NCBI GenBank assembly: GCA_012838665.1
Contig: DUOX01000015.1
Location: 29,133-93,132 of the forward strand
Source: Clostridiales bacterium
GTDB lineage: Bacteria; Bacillota; Clostridia; Oscillospirales; Oscillospiraceae
Length of the DNA stretch: 64,000 nt
Direction: 5' to 3'
Below are positions 37,010 through 45,615 of this stretch, in pieces (positions within the stretch are counted from its first letter, which is position 1; every line of letters begins with the position of its first letter). The notes under the pieces are model-generated. The model did not search any database, was not told the DNA's origin, and worked only from the letters and a program-made list of their open reading frames with translations. Position numbers and translations under genes: made by a program.

Positions 37010-38614
37010 TTATCTTGCGGGTCCAAGGCATATTTCACCCTTATAGAAGTAAAATGAGGAGAATTGCAATGGCTCATTGACGTTATACTTATCGTTCCCG
37101 ATAACTATTTCCGTGCCGGGATAAATTGTGCCGGTGCAAATGACTTTGCCATAACCTTTGGCAGATTGGTAATTGATAATCTCGTCCAGCTTTCTTTTGA
37201 CTTCTTCCAACTTGTTAATGGTGGTATTATGTTGCTTGGAGACATTATCATAAATCTCCCGTTTTTCAGGAGTAAGCCGATTGGCCAACTCCATCTGCTT
37301 CAGCAGATTGTACAGGGGTTTCAGGCTTTCTATCTGTTTTTCCAGAACCGGCACCAGTTCCGAGAGTTCCTGATAATGCCCCAGAATGGCCTGTTCATTT
37401 GTAATTACAAGCTTTGTTTTGACGTTTGAGGGGGAGCCGATGGTGGCGGCTTCAATATTACTCCCAACCAGACAGCTGCCGCCAATAATCCTGGCCCTCC
37501 TCCCGGTAATCTTGAGGTCCTTTGCGCATTTTATTTCGCTGTTCAAAATGTATTCTGCGCTGACCTCGCCTTTGGCAAAAACCTTGCAGTTTTCAATAAA
37601 CTTGCACTTGATGTTTCCCCCGGCGCTAATCTCGCTTCCGGTAATGCCGCTTTTTATCCAAATATTCCCGCCTGCTATAACAGTAGCAGATTCTATCGTG
37701 CCGCTGACCTCGATATCTTCCGCGGCTTCAATTGTAAAGCCCTGGGTTACCATGCCCCGGACAATCAGGCTTCCCGCTACCTTTATGTTGCCGGTGGAAA
37801 CATCCACATTCCCTCTGACAATGTAGATATTGCTGACGTTTATCTTTCCGCCTACAAAATCCACCTGACCATCTATCTTGGAAATAATAGCGGTGCCGTC
37901 CTCGCTGAGCATGGTGTTTTTTCCTGAAAGGGCTGGGGCTGGCTTGCCCTTTTTCTGTTTCAGCTCCATACCCAGGACGGACATGCCCGGCTTTCCCTCC
38001 GTGGGGTGCGTAATCCTGCAAAGCACCTGCCCTTTGGTAACATTTTGTATTTGGTCAAGGTCCCGGAAGTCTACCGTGCCGTCCTCGTTTTCCTTTGGCT
38101 TAAAGCTGTCCTTTTTTACATCAAAAAGGAATTCCGCCTTCCCGTCTTCACCGTTTACCGGGGGAATCCCCGTAGCCACTACCACATCCTTATAAAAAAC
38201 AGGCTTAGCCTCCAGCTCCTTGAGCTTTTCCATGTCAATGTTATACGTCACCCCCGCGTTGCTCAGGGCGGCCATCATGGAATCCACAGTAGGACCCGCC
38301 CCGTTTTTAATTGGGGGCTCTATATATAAACAGGCCTGGAGGCCGTTTTCGATAATTCTTACCCTTATTACGGAATCGACAGATCCGGAATCGGCAGATT
38401 CGACAGACGCTGAATTAACAGAAGCAATATCGGCGGATTCAACAGACTCTGAATTAACAGAAGCAATATCGGCGGATTCAACAGACTCTGAATTAACAGA
38501 AGCAGAATCGACGGCAGGAGGAATATCCGCGGACGCAACAATCGGTGGTTTTTTTTCATCAGAAACGGAGTTTTTCCGCCTAAAGAAACTCATAATTTTC
38601 CTCCTTTTCGCCAA
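37010..38614 (-). CDS. FapA-family (DUF342) protein with N-terminal tandem-repeat region
   Basis: 534-aa ORF. An N-terminal acidic Ser/Val/Asp repeat is followed by a beta-helix-like region with recurring G.I/V....G patterns and a C-terminal coiled coil, as in DUF342 proteins. The start may be 38614 or 38593. Confidence 0.75.
   Translation of the reverse strand: MAKRRKIMSFFRRKNSVSDEKKPPIVASADIPPAVDSASVNSESVESADIASVNSESVESADIASVNSASVESADSGSVDSVIRVRIIENGLQACLYIEPPIKNGAGPTVDSMMAALSNAGVTYNIDMEKLKELEAKPVFYKDVVVATGIPPVNGEDGKAEFLFDVKKDSFKPKENEDGTVDFRDLDQIQNVTKGQVLCRITHPTEGKPGMSVLGMELKQKKGKPAPALSGKNTMLSEDGTAIISKIDGQVDFVGGKINVSNIYIVRGNVDVSTGNIKVAGSLIVRGMVTQGFTIEAAEDIEVSGTIESATVIAGGNIWIKSGITGSEISAGGNIKCKFIENCKVFAKGEVSAEYILNSEIKCAKDLKITGRRARIIGGSCLVGSNIEAATIGSPSNVKTKLVITNEQAILGHYQELSELVPVLEKQIESLKPLYNLLKQMELANRLTPEKREIYDNVSKQHNTTINKLEEVKRKLDEIINYQSAKGYGKVICTGTIYPGTEIVIGNDKYNVNEPLQFSSFYFYKGEICLGPAR
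38371..38510. repeat. Coding tandem repeat, 39-nt unit, about 3.5 copies
   Basis: Two perfect 39-nt units (38410-38448 and 38449-38487; CTGAATTAACAGAAGCAATATCGGCGGATTCAACAGACT) are flanked by degenerate copies. They encode the 13-aa repeat SVNSESVESADIA. Confidence 0.9.
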
Positions 38615-38836
38615 AAATTTAAATATTTCATCCCAACATATTATAAATTAATTATAAACATATGTCTATACATTTTTATCGACATAATTTTTATAGTGTT
38701 TATTTTTTAATCGGTTTTTGCTGAAAACAACAATGGGTAGCCTGTTTAATTTTATGATATGTCCCATATAAGTCCTTTGAAAAATGTTGAAATATAGGAT
38801 AAACTAAGCATATACTGATGATATGCCGGCAAGCAG

Positions 38837-39340
38837 CTAATGCCTGGCCCCTTCAATGCAGATGAGCCTGTGGGAGACATATGTATAAGTGGACAGGGGC
38901 CTGTTATAGGAATCGTAGGTATGGGTCGCAATAAGTATGTTATCCGGCCGGGGAACTGCGCCCGTGCTGACCACGAACAGGGAGTGGGAGAACCGGATCC
39001 CGTCAAAGCTTAGCTGAACTATATCCCCCGGCCTAGCATTATCAAGAGGGGCTTCACGGCCGTAGGGGCCCGTCCCCCTGTTGTTCACAAGAAAGTTATA
39101 CAAAAACGGAACGCCGGTCCATGCAGGAGCCCTGGAGTTTAAAGAAATGTAATACCACCCCGTATCAGGGGTATAGTTCATCACGCCGCAGCCGGCATAC
39201 AGGCACTGAGAAATGAAGTTAGTGCAATCTCCCCCCAGAGCGTCAAAATTATAGTATCTTAGATTCCGGGCAAAGGCCCACTTACGTGCATATTCAAGAG
39301 CTCGAGTCACATCATAGGGCATAAAATCCTCTCCTGGCAC
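38837..39340 (-). CDS. Putative amidase-domain protein (Amidase_6-like, cysteine peptidase/amidase fold)
   Basis: 167-aa ORF with A..YA..WA..RN..Y..F..LGGDCTNFISQCL.AG and GD.V.L motifs. The start may be the internal ATG at 39322. Confidence 0.65.
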   Translation of the reverse strand: MPGEDFMPYDVTRALEYARKWAFARNLRYYNFDALGGDCTNFISQCLYAGCGVMNYTPDTGWYYISLNSRAPAWTGVPFLYNFLVNNRGTGPYGREAPLDNARPGDIVQLSFDGIRFSHSLFVVSTGAVPRPDNILIATHTYDSYNRPLSTYTYVSHRLICIEGARH

Positions 39341-39411
39341 GCTTTATATCAATATATGATATGCCGGGGCGGGGATTAAGGATAAGGCGCCATACCGCAA
39401 AGAGGTGAATT

Positions 39412-40083
39412 ATGTATAAGATAATGATAGTGGAGGACGATGAAATTATCGCCCGCACAATAAAAAGCTACATTGAATCCTGGGGCTGTGAAGTTATGTG
39501 CGTCACAGATTTCAGCAGCGTGTTGGAACAATTTGTGTCCTTTTCCCCTCACCTGATACTGATGGACCTGTACCTTCCCTTCTTTAACGGATACTACTGG
39601 TGCACCGAAATCAGAAAGCTGTCCGATGTCCCCATTGTTTTTATTTCCTCGGCGTCGGATAATATGAACATAGTCATGGCCATAAATATGGGAGGAGACG
39701 ACTTTATAACAAAGCCCTTCGACTTGAACGTGCTGACGGCAAAGGTGCAGGCCCTGCTCCGGAGAACATACGATTTCAGCAGCGGCACAAACCTTATTGA
39801 ACACCGGGGCGCAATACTCAATACCGCCGACGGCAGCCTTACATACCGTGGGCAAAGGATAGATTTAACAAAAAATGAATACAAAATCCTTCACATACTC
39901 ATGGAAAACCGAGGCAAAACGGTATCCAGGGAAGTCATCATGTCCAGATTATGGGAGACTGACAGCTTCATAGACGACAACACTCTGACAGTGAATATTA
40001 CCCGGCTGCGGAAGAAGCTGGAGGACTCCGGGCTTTGCGACTTCATAGCCACAAAAAAGGGAATAGGGTATATGGTGAAATGA
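39412..40083 (+). CDS. OmpR-family response regulator, BceR-like
   Basis: 223-aa ORF with a receiver domain (IVEDDE, LILMDLYLP) and a winged-helix output (LTKNEYKIL ... GIGY). Confidence 0.9.
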   Translation: MYKIMIVEDDEIIARTIKSYIESWGCEVMCVTDFSSVLEQFVSFSPHLILMDLYLPFFNGYYWCTEIRKLSDVPIVFISSASDNMNIVMAINMGGDDFITKPFDLNVLTAKVQALLRRTYDFSSGTNLIEHRGAILNTADGSLTYRGQRIDLTKNEYKILHILMENRGKTVSREVIMSRLWETDSFIDDNTLTVNITRLRKKLEDSGLCDFIATKKGIGYMVK

Positions 40084-40084
40084 T

Positions 40085-41080
40085 ATGAGGGCCGTATTTT
40101 TGTACTTAAAAGGACATTTTAAAACCGCCGTAATGGTTTGCCTGTTTTTTGCCGTCTCCGCACTTGTGACTGTGCTCTACGGGTTGCCCCTGGAGCCCGT
40201 AATATACGCTGCCGTACTCTGCGGGGCGGTGCTTGTTATTTTCTGCGCCGTGGATTATGCCCACTACCGCAGGAAAATTAGCCTGCTTAAAAGCATTCAA
40301 AGCAATATCACCGTAAGTACGGATGAACTGACGGAGCCCAAAGGCGAAATAGAGGCGGCTTATCAGGAGCTAGTCCGGCTTTTAAACCATGAAATCAGGC
40401 GACTGACCTCGGAGAGCACTCTCAGGCTCAGCGAGATGACCGAGTACTACACCCTTTGGGCGCACCAGATAAAAACCCCCATTTCCGCCATGAGCCTGCT
40501 GCTCCAATCCCAGGAAGAACCGTCAAGGGAAGAACTGTCGGCAGCTCTTTTCAAAATTGAGCACTATGTGGATATGGCCATTGCTTTTCTGCGGTCGGAT
40601 AACATATCCGGGGACCTGCTGATTCAGGAATACTCCCTGGACGCCATTGTGAAGCAGGCCGTCCGGAAATATGCCAGGGAGTTTATAAGGCGTAAAATCA
40701 CTTTGGATTACAAGGAAATTGACCAGACCGTAATCACGGATGAAAAGTGGCTGTGCTTTGTCCTCGAGCAGCTTCTGTCAAATGCCCTAAAATACACCCG
40801 GGAGGGGAAAATCTCCATTTACCTGGATGAAAAAGCCCCCAGTACCCTGGTTGTAGAGGATAGTGGCATAGGTATTCAGCCGGAGGATATACCCCGGGTG
40901 TTTGAAAAGGGCTTTACCGGCTACAACGGCAGGACGGATAAGAAATCCACGGGCATAGGCCTGTACCTTTGCAAACGTATAATGTCAAAGCTGGGTCACA
41001 GCATTTCAATCGAATCGCAGGTCGGTGCGGGTACGAAGCTGCTGCTGGGTATGGACAGACCGGAACTGACAGTGGAGTAA
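40085..41080 (+). CDS. Intramembrane-sensing histidine kinase, BceS-like
   Basis: 331-aa ORF with two N-terminal TM segments and a minimal loop, the H-box WAHQIKTPIS, the N-box LSNALKYT, and G-boxes (EDSGIGI, GIGLYL). Confidence 0.9.
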   Translation: MRAVFLYLKGHFKTAVMVCLFFAVSALVTVLYGLPLEPVIYAAVLCGAVLVIFCAVDYAHYRRKISLLKSIQSNITVSTDELTEPKGEIEAAYQELVRLLNHEIRRLTSESTLRLSEMTEYYTLWAHQIKTPISAMSLLLQSQEEPSREELSAALFKIEHYVDMAIAFLRSDNISGDLLIQEYSLDAIVKQAVRKYAREFIRRKITLDYKEIDQTVITDEKWLCFVLEQLLSNALKYTREGKISIYLDEKAPSTLVVEDSGIGIQPEDIPRVFEKGFTGYNGRTDKKSTGIGLYLCKRIMSKLGHSISIESQVGAGTKLLLGMDRPELTVE

Positions 41081-41088
41081 GCTTAAAA

Positions 41089-41104
41089 CTTACAAAAATG
41101 TAAG
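41089..41104 (+). promoter_or_regulatory. Inverted repeat matching the BceR-type response-regulator binding motif
   Basis: CTTACA-AAAA-TGTAAG perfect inverted repeat (TNACA-N4-TGTAA pattern). It lies about 55 nt upstream of a TATAAT at 41158-41163 and precedes the bceA-like gene. Confidence 0.5.
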
Positions 41105-41205
41105 GATTGAGCCCGAAATGTAAGCCAAAATTATGGCAGGGCATTTCGGGCTCTTGATATAATAGCGTTGCAATTACACAAATTAAAAGCAACGGAGGCT
41201 TTTTT

Positions 41206-41973
41206 ATGACTATACTTGAAGTTGAACACCTAAAAAAGATATATACTACCCGCTTCGGGGGTGCGCAGGTTCAGGCCCTTACTGATGTGAGCTTTTCCGT
41301 GGAGCAGGGGGAATACGTGGCCATTATGGGGGAATCCGGCTCCGGCAAGACCACCCTCCTTAATATACTCGCCGCGCTGGATAAGCCCACTAGCGGCCAG
41401 GTCAGGTTAAGAGGCAGAAGCATCCTGGACATCAGCGAAAAGGACATCTCCGCTTTCCGGAGGGACAACCTGGGCTTTGTGTTCCAGGACTACAACCTTT
41501 TGGACACTTTTTCCATACAGGATAACGTTCTTCTGCCCCTGGTGCTGGCTGGCAAATCCTTTGACGAGATGAACAGGCGTCTTCAGCCCATTGCCAAAAA
41601 GCTGGGCATTAATAAAATACTGAAAAAATTCCCCTACGAGGTCTCCGGCGGCGAAAAGCAAAGGGCGGCAGTTGCCAGGGCCCTTATTACCGGGCCTCAG
41701 CTGCTCCTGGCCGACGAACCCACGGGATCCCTTGATTCCCGAAACGCGGACAGCCTGCTGAAACTGTTCGGGGAGATTAACGCGGAGGGTCAGACCATTT
41801 TGATGGTGACCCACAGCGTCAAGGCGGCAAGCCACGCAAGCAGGGTGCTGTTTATACGGGACGGCCAGGTATTCCACCAGCTATACAGGGGGAACTTGAC
41901 AAACGAGGAGCTATTCCAAAAAATATCCGACACCCTGACCCTGATTGCGACAGGCGGTGAAGCCAGTGCGTAA
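41206..41973 (+). CDS. ABC transporter ATP-binding protein, BceA-like (MacB/FtsE clade)
   Basis: 255-aa ORF with Walker A GESGSGKTT, signature VSGGEKQR and Walker B LLLADEPTG. Confidence 0.9.
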   Translation: MTILEVEHLKKIYTTRFGGAQVQALTDVSFSVEQGEYVAIMGESGSGKTTLLNILAALDKPTSGQVRLRGRSILDISEKDISAFRRDNLGFVFQDYNLLDTFSIQDNVLLPLVLAGKSFDEMNRRLQPIAKKLGINKILKKFPYEVSGGEKQRAAVARALITGPQLLLADEPTGSLDSRNADSLLKLFGEINAEGQTILMVTHSVKAASHASRVLFIRDGQVFHQLYRGNLTNEELFQKISDTLTLIATGGEASA

Positions 41974-43990
41974 AGCCGCCTTTTATCCTAAAATTGCCCT
42001 AACCAACATAAAAAACAACCGTAAATTCTATATTCCCTACCTTCTCACCTGCATGGCAAGTGTGGCAACCATGTATATAATGCTTTTCATTAACAGCAAT
42101 GAAGGCCTAAAAAATATGTTAGGCGGCGATTACATTCAGGTTTTTATGGCTTTGGGCTGCATTATCGTTGGAATCTTTGCAACCATTGTCCTCTTTTACA
42201 CAAACAGCTTTCTTATGAAACGCCGCAAAAAAGAGCTGGGCCTTTATAATATCCTGGGTATGGAAAAAAGGCATATTGCAATAGTTCTCTTTTTCGAGAC
42301 CATCTTCACCGGCCTGGCTACTATCGTTTTGGGTCTTATTACAGGAATTCTACTTTCCAAGCTTTCATTTGCAATGCTTTTCCGTCTGCTCAAATTTCCC
42401 GTCCCCTTTGGGTTTAACATTTCATTCAGCAGCATGGGCATTATCGCAGTTTTGTTTGCCGCCATTTTCCTTTTGATACTAATGTCCAATCTGTTTCAAA
42501 TCCGGCTGAATAACCCCATACAGCTTCTCCAGGGGGGAAATGTGGGGCAAAGGGAACCTAAATCAAAGATACTCCTTGCAATCGTAGGAGTTTTGGCACT
42601 GGGCGGAGGATATGCAATTGCCATTCTTACAAAGTCTCCTCTTGCCGCAATCCCTCTGTTTTTCCTTGCCGTTATACTGGTTATCATAGGCACCTACTGC
42701 CTTTTCACCGCCGGAAGCATTGTCCTGCTCAAGGCTTTGCGTAAAAACACCAGGTACTATTACAAGACGAAGCACTTTACTTCGGTGTCCGGCATGATAT
42801 ACCGTATGAAGCAAAATGCCGCGGGCCTCTCCAACATATGCATTTTGTCCACAATGGTTCTGGTCATGGTGTCCACCACCGTAAGCCTGTATATAGGTAT
42901 AGAGGACATTATTGCCACCAGCTATCCCTATGACGTTTCAGTCTGGGGCAATAATCAATCCGATGAGCAAATATCCGAAATACTGGGCACAATCGAGAAC
43001 GTTGCGTCACAAAAGGGTATCGAAGTTAAGACCATGGTCAGCTACACCGAACTGGACCTGGCCGCCGAAAGACAGGGAGATATATTCCTGCCGAAGCTTG
43101 ACAGGAGTAACGGAATTTCTGGATTATCCCTGATTCTATTTGTTACCCAGAATGGATACTATCAGCTCACAGGTCAAGAGGCAAATTTGGAGTCCCCCTC
43201 AGACATTTTAATATATAGCTCAGATATACCCGTAGGCGACGAAATAACGGTGCTTGATTTTGACTTTAACGTAGTTCAGCATCTTGACACGCTGCCTTTT
43301 GGGGACGGATATTCCGCCTGGCAGGTTGACAGCCACTATATTGTTGTCTATGACATGGAAGTTTTAAACAGCCTGTATAAAAAGCAAACGGAAGTTTACG
43401 AGACATCCTATATGCCCGAAACACATATCCAGTTTGACATTTCGGGAACCAAAGAGGAGAAAAAAGCCTTTGCTGACACGCTTAGAGAAGCGCTTGCCGT
43501 CACGGAAACGGTAACGGAAAATGGCGAAACCTATACTGCCACTTACTACCACATTTACGTAGAAAGCAGGCAAGCCGGTGAAGACGAATTTTATATCCTC
43601 TACGGCGGATTTCTCTTCCTGGGAATTTTCCTTGGGCTGCTGTTTATGCTGGCCACCATCATGATAATCTACTACAAGCAGATTACCGAGGGCTACGAGG
43701 ACAAAGAACGGTTCTCCATCATGCAGAAGGTGGGCATGAGCCGGCAAGAGGTAAAAAGCTCTATAAAAAGCCAGGTGCTTACGGTATTTTTTCTGCCCCT
43801 CATTACCGCCGGAGTCCATGTATGCTTTGCTTTCCCAATAATCACAAAACTGCTGGCGACCCTGCAGCTTACCAACGTTTCTCTATATACCCTCTGTGCC
43901 GTTGGAACCTTTGCCATCTTTGCCCTCTGCTACGCCGCTATTTATGCGCTTACGGCAAAAGCCTACTACAAAATCGTACGGCACTATTAA
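41945..43990 (+). CDS. FtsX-domain ABC transporter permease, BceB-like (10 TM with large extracellular domain)
   Basis: 681-aa ORF with two FtsX-type 4-TM bundles separated by a soluble domain of about 230 aa. The start is ambiguous (ATG 41945, GTG 41957 or GTG 41966) and overlaps the bceA-like stop. Confidence 0.9.
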   Translation: MRQAVKPVRKAAFYPKIALTNIKNNRKFYIPYLLTCMASVATMYIMLFINSNEGLKNMLGGDYIQVFMALGCIIVGIFATIVLFYTNSFLMKRRKKELGLYNILGMEKRHIAIVLFFETIFTGLATIVLGLITGILLSKLSFAMLFRLLKFPVPFGFNISFSSMGIIAVLFAAIFLLILMSNLFQIRLNNPIQLLQGGNVGQREPKSKILLAIVGVLALGGGYAIAILTKSPLAAIPLFFLAVILVIIGTYCLFTAGSIVLLKALRKNTRYYYKTKHFTSVSGMIYRMKQNAAGLSNICILSTMVLVMVSTTVSLYIGIEDIIATSYPYDVSVWGNNQSDEQISEILGTIENVASQKGIEVKTMVSYTELDLAAERQGDIFLPKLDRSNGISGLSLILFVTQNGYYQLTGQEANLESPSDILIYSSDIPVGDEITVLDFDFNVVQHLDTLPFGDGYSAWQVDSHYIVVYDMEVLNSLYKKQTEVYETSYMPETHIQFDISGTKEEKKAFADTLREALAVTETVTENGETYTATYYHIYVESRQAGEDEFYILYGGFLFLGIFLGLLFMLATIMIIYYKQITEGYEDKERFSIMQKVGMSRQEVKSSIKSQVLTVFFLPLITAGVHVCFAFPIITKLLATLQLTNVSLYTLCAVGTFAIFALCYAAIYALTAKAYYKIVRHY

Positions 43991-43996
43991 TAACAA

Positions 43997-44040
43997 AACC
44001 GCCTCCTGTCCCCTTTCGGAACGGGAGGCGGTTGTCAATT
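43997..44040 (+). terminator. Possible terminator after the bceB-like gene
   Basis: Stem ACCGCCTCC (43998-44006) / GGAGGCGGT (44024-44032). The T tract is weak. Confidence 0.45.
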
Positions 44041-44880
44041 TCAAGCCCAAATGAGCCAGATTAGCACATACCCCGTGATTACGGCAGACAGGGTGAAAGG
44101 TACGCTGATTTTCATAAAGTCCTTGCTCTGGACTTCATATCCCTCTTTTCGGAGAATGCCCAGACCGGTAGAGATACGCAGATAAGTCCGTTAATAACGG
44201 AGGGTTTCCAGGGTCCATCGGGTATGAAGGAGGCGCATATGAGCAAAACAATCATGCCCAGCAGGAGGGCAGAGGGGAAATAATCTTCCACTTTGGTTCT
44301 GTCCTTGACACTAATGGGCTGGCTGTGTTTTCTGAATACAAACATAAGTACAAAGGCTGAAACTACAGCGCTTATCTGGACAACCCAGAACAGGCCAACT
44401 TTTCCCCTGTAAACAAAAAAGTCCAGAAAATCCATTCCTGTCTGAGCGCCCAAAAGGATGTAGGTGGTATCGCCAACCAGGGTGGCAGCCCCCTGCAGGT
44501 TGGATGAAACAGAAATGGCTATAATGCTGGTCACCGGGGAAACTTTTAGCTTCTTTGATATTGTCAGGGCTACGGGCGCAACCATGAGTACAGTTGCGAC
44601 ATTGTCCACAAAGGCAGAAATAAGGCCCGCAAAAAGTGACAGGGCGATTATGGCCCATTTTATGTTAGGCATTTTTGATTCGATAAAGAAATATACTATA
44701 TCCATGGTTCCGGCAATCATCATTATGACGTTCCAATCAACGGCAAAAAACTTCCCCCACAGGGAGAATACCTAGAATTACAAACAGCGCCGCCGAAGCC
44801 AGGGCAAAATGCGCTCTGTATTTTGGGAAAACAAGCAAAGCTGCATATGTCAGGATAAAAAGGACCAGGGCTTTAAGCAT
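44041..44880 (-). pseudogene. Decayed ArsB/NhaD-superfamily (citrate-transporter-like) permease gene
   Basis: N-terminal 46 codons (MLKALVLF...GEVF) stop at a TGA. The reading frame continues one frame over (AVDWNVIMMIAGTMD...) across a T6/A6 run at 44745-44750. The frame changes again near 44150-44170 into an authentic-looking C-terminus (GLGILRKEGYEV...LIWLIWA*). Total length is about 280 codons, against roughly 420 that I recall as typical for the family. Confidence 0.7.
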
Positions 44881-44937
44881 TTAAACGTTTCTCTCCTCGT
44901 AATTGCATTGTCCCACAAAAAAAGGCAAGACGAATGC

Positions 44938-44966
44938 ATTATAGCAATGCTGAAGTTTTATTGCAA
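44938..44966 (-). promoter_or_regulatory. Intact-looking sigma-A promoter of the decayed permease gene
   Basis: On the minus strand: TTGCAA (44961-44966), 17-nt spacer, TATAAT (44938-44943). An AGGAGAG SD lies upstream of the ATG at 44880. Confidence 0.55.
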
Positions 44967-45099
44967 GAATAGTCAGAAAATTGACGATGCTTGTTGAAAT
45001 TTGGGGATTTTTATGGGGAGAAACACTGGCGGGCCCATAAGAATATAATTTAGATAAAAAATAACCGGAACCAAGATTAAAACTAGGATATAATAACTA

Positions 45100-45128
45100 T
45101 TGACAATTTCGCTTTAGTGATTTAAAAT
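45100..45128 (+). promoter_or_regulatory. Putative sigma-A promoter of the small hydrophobic protein gene
   Basis: TTGACA (45100-45105), 17-nt spacer, TAAAAT (45123-45128). The track start ATG at 45127 lies inside the -10. Confidence 0.6.
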
Positions 45129-45174
45129 GGATACACTTTTTACTGATAACGCCATTTTGGAAGGAGCGCCGGAT

Positions 45175-45477
45175 ATGCCAAGCACCAACTGCGTCAATTA
45201 CACATATCCTTCTGCTTCTGCAAACAAGTTTGCAGAGGCCGGCTCTGCATGCTCCAAAATGGGTACTTTTGCCATAATTATGGGCGCTGCTTTTGCGGCG
45301 TCCATTTTTCTTATTGCACTTATTTTCCTTATTATTAGCGTAATTGTATCCATTCTACTCTCCGTAGTAGATGTAATAATAGTAGGCATAATTAGCCTTA
45401 TAGTATCCGTAATACTTGTAATAATTATAGCCGGACTCCACCCTCCCCGCTTAAAAGAACCGAAGCCGACCTTCTGA
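45175..45477 (+). CDS. 100-aa hypothetical protein with extremely Ile/Val/Leu-rich double-TM C-terminal half
   Basis: GGAAGGAG SD sits 8 nt before the ATG at 45175. The gene has its own promoter and a strong terminator. No family is recognisable. Confidence 0.55.
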   Translation: MPSTNCVNYTYPSASANKFAEAGSACSKMGTFAIIMGAAFAASIFLIALIFLIISVIVSILLSVVDVIIVGIISLIVSVILVIIIAGLHPPRLKEPKPTF

Positions 45478-45494
45478 GAACTACCTGTATACTC

Positions 45495-45532
45495 AAGGCG
45501 GCACCGCTCTTTTTTGCGGTGCCGCCTTTTTA
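45495..45532 (+). terminator. Rho-independent terminator
   Basis: 13-bp stem AAGGCGGCACCGC / GCGGTGCCGCCTT, followed by a T run. Confidence 0.85.
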
Positions 45533-45615
45533 TATAAATACCTGTGCCGGGAAAACCGGTGCACATAATTAAATGGTATAAAAAATCAGTATGTAAATTA
45601 AAGGAGGAAAACAAA

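Noticed and set aside
38371-38510. Regularly spaced 39-nt direct repeats that could suggest a CRISPR array.
   Set aside because: The repeats are contiguous, with no spacers, and are in frame inside the FapA-like ORF. They encode a 13-aa peptide repeat, and no cas genes are present in the window.
45127-45174. Track start codon (ATG at 45127) for the small hydrophobic protein.
   Set aside because: This ATG lies inside the predicted -10 hexamer (TAAAAT, 45123-45128), so it would not be in the transcript. The downstream ATG at 45175 has a GGAAGGAG SD.
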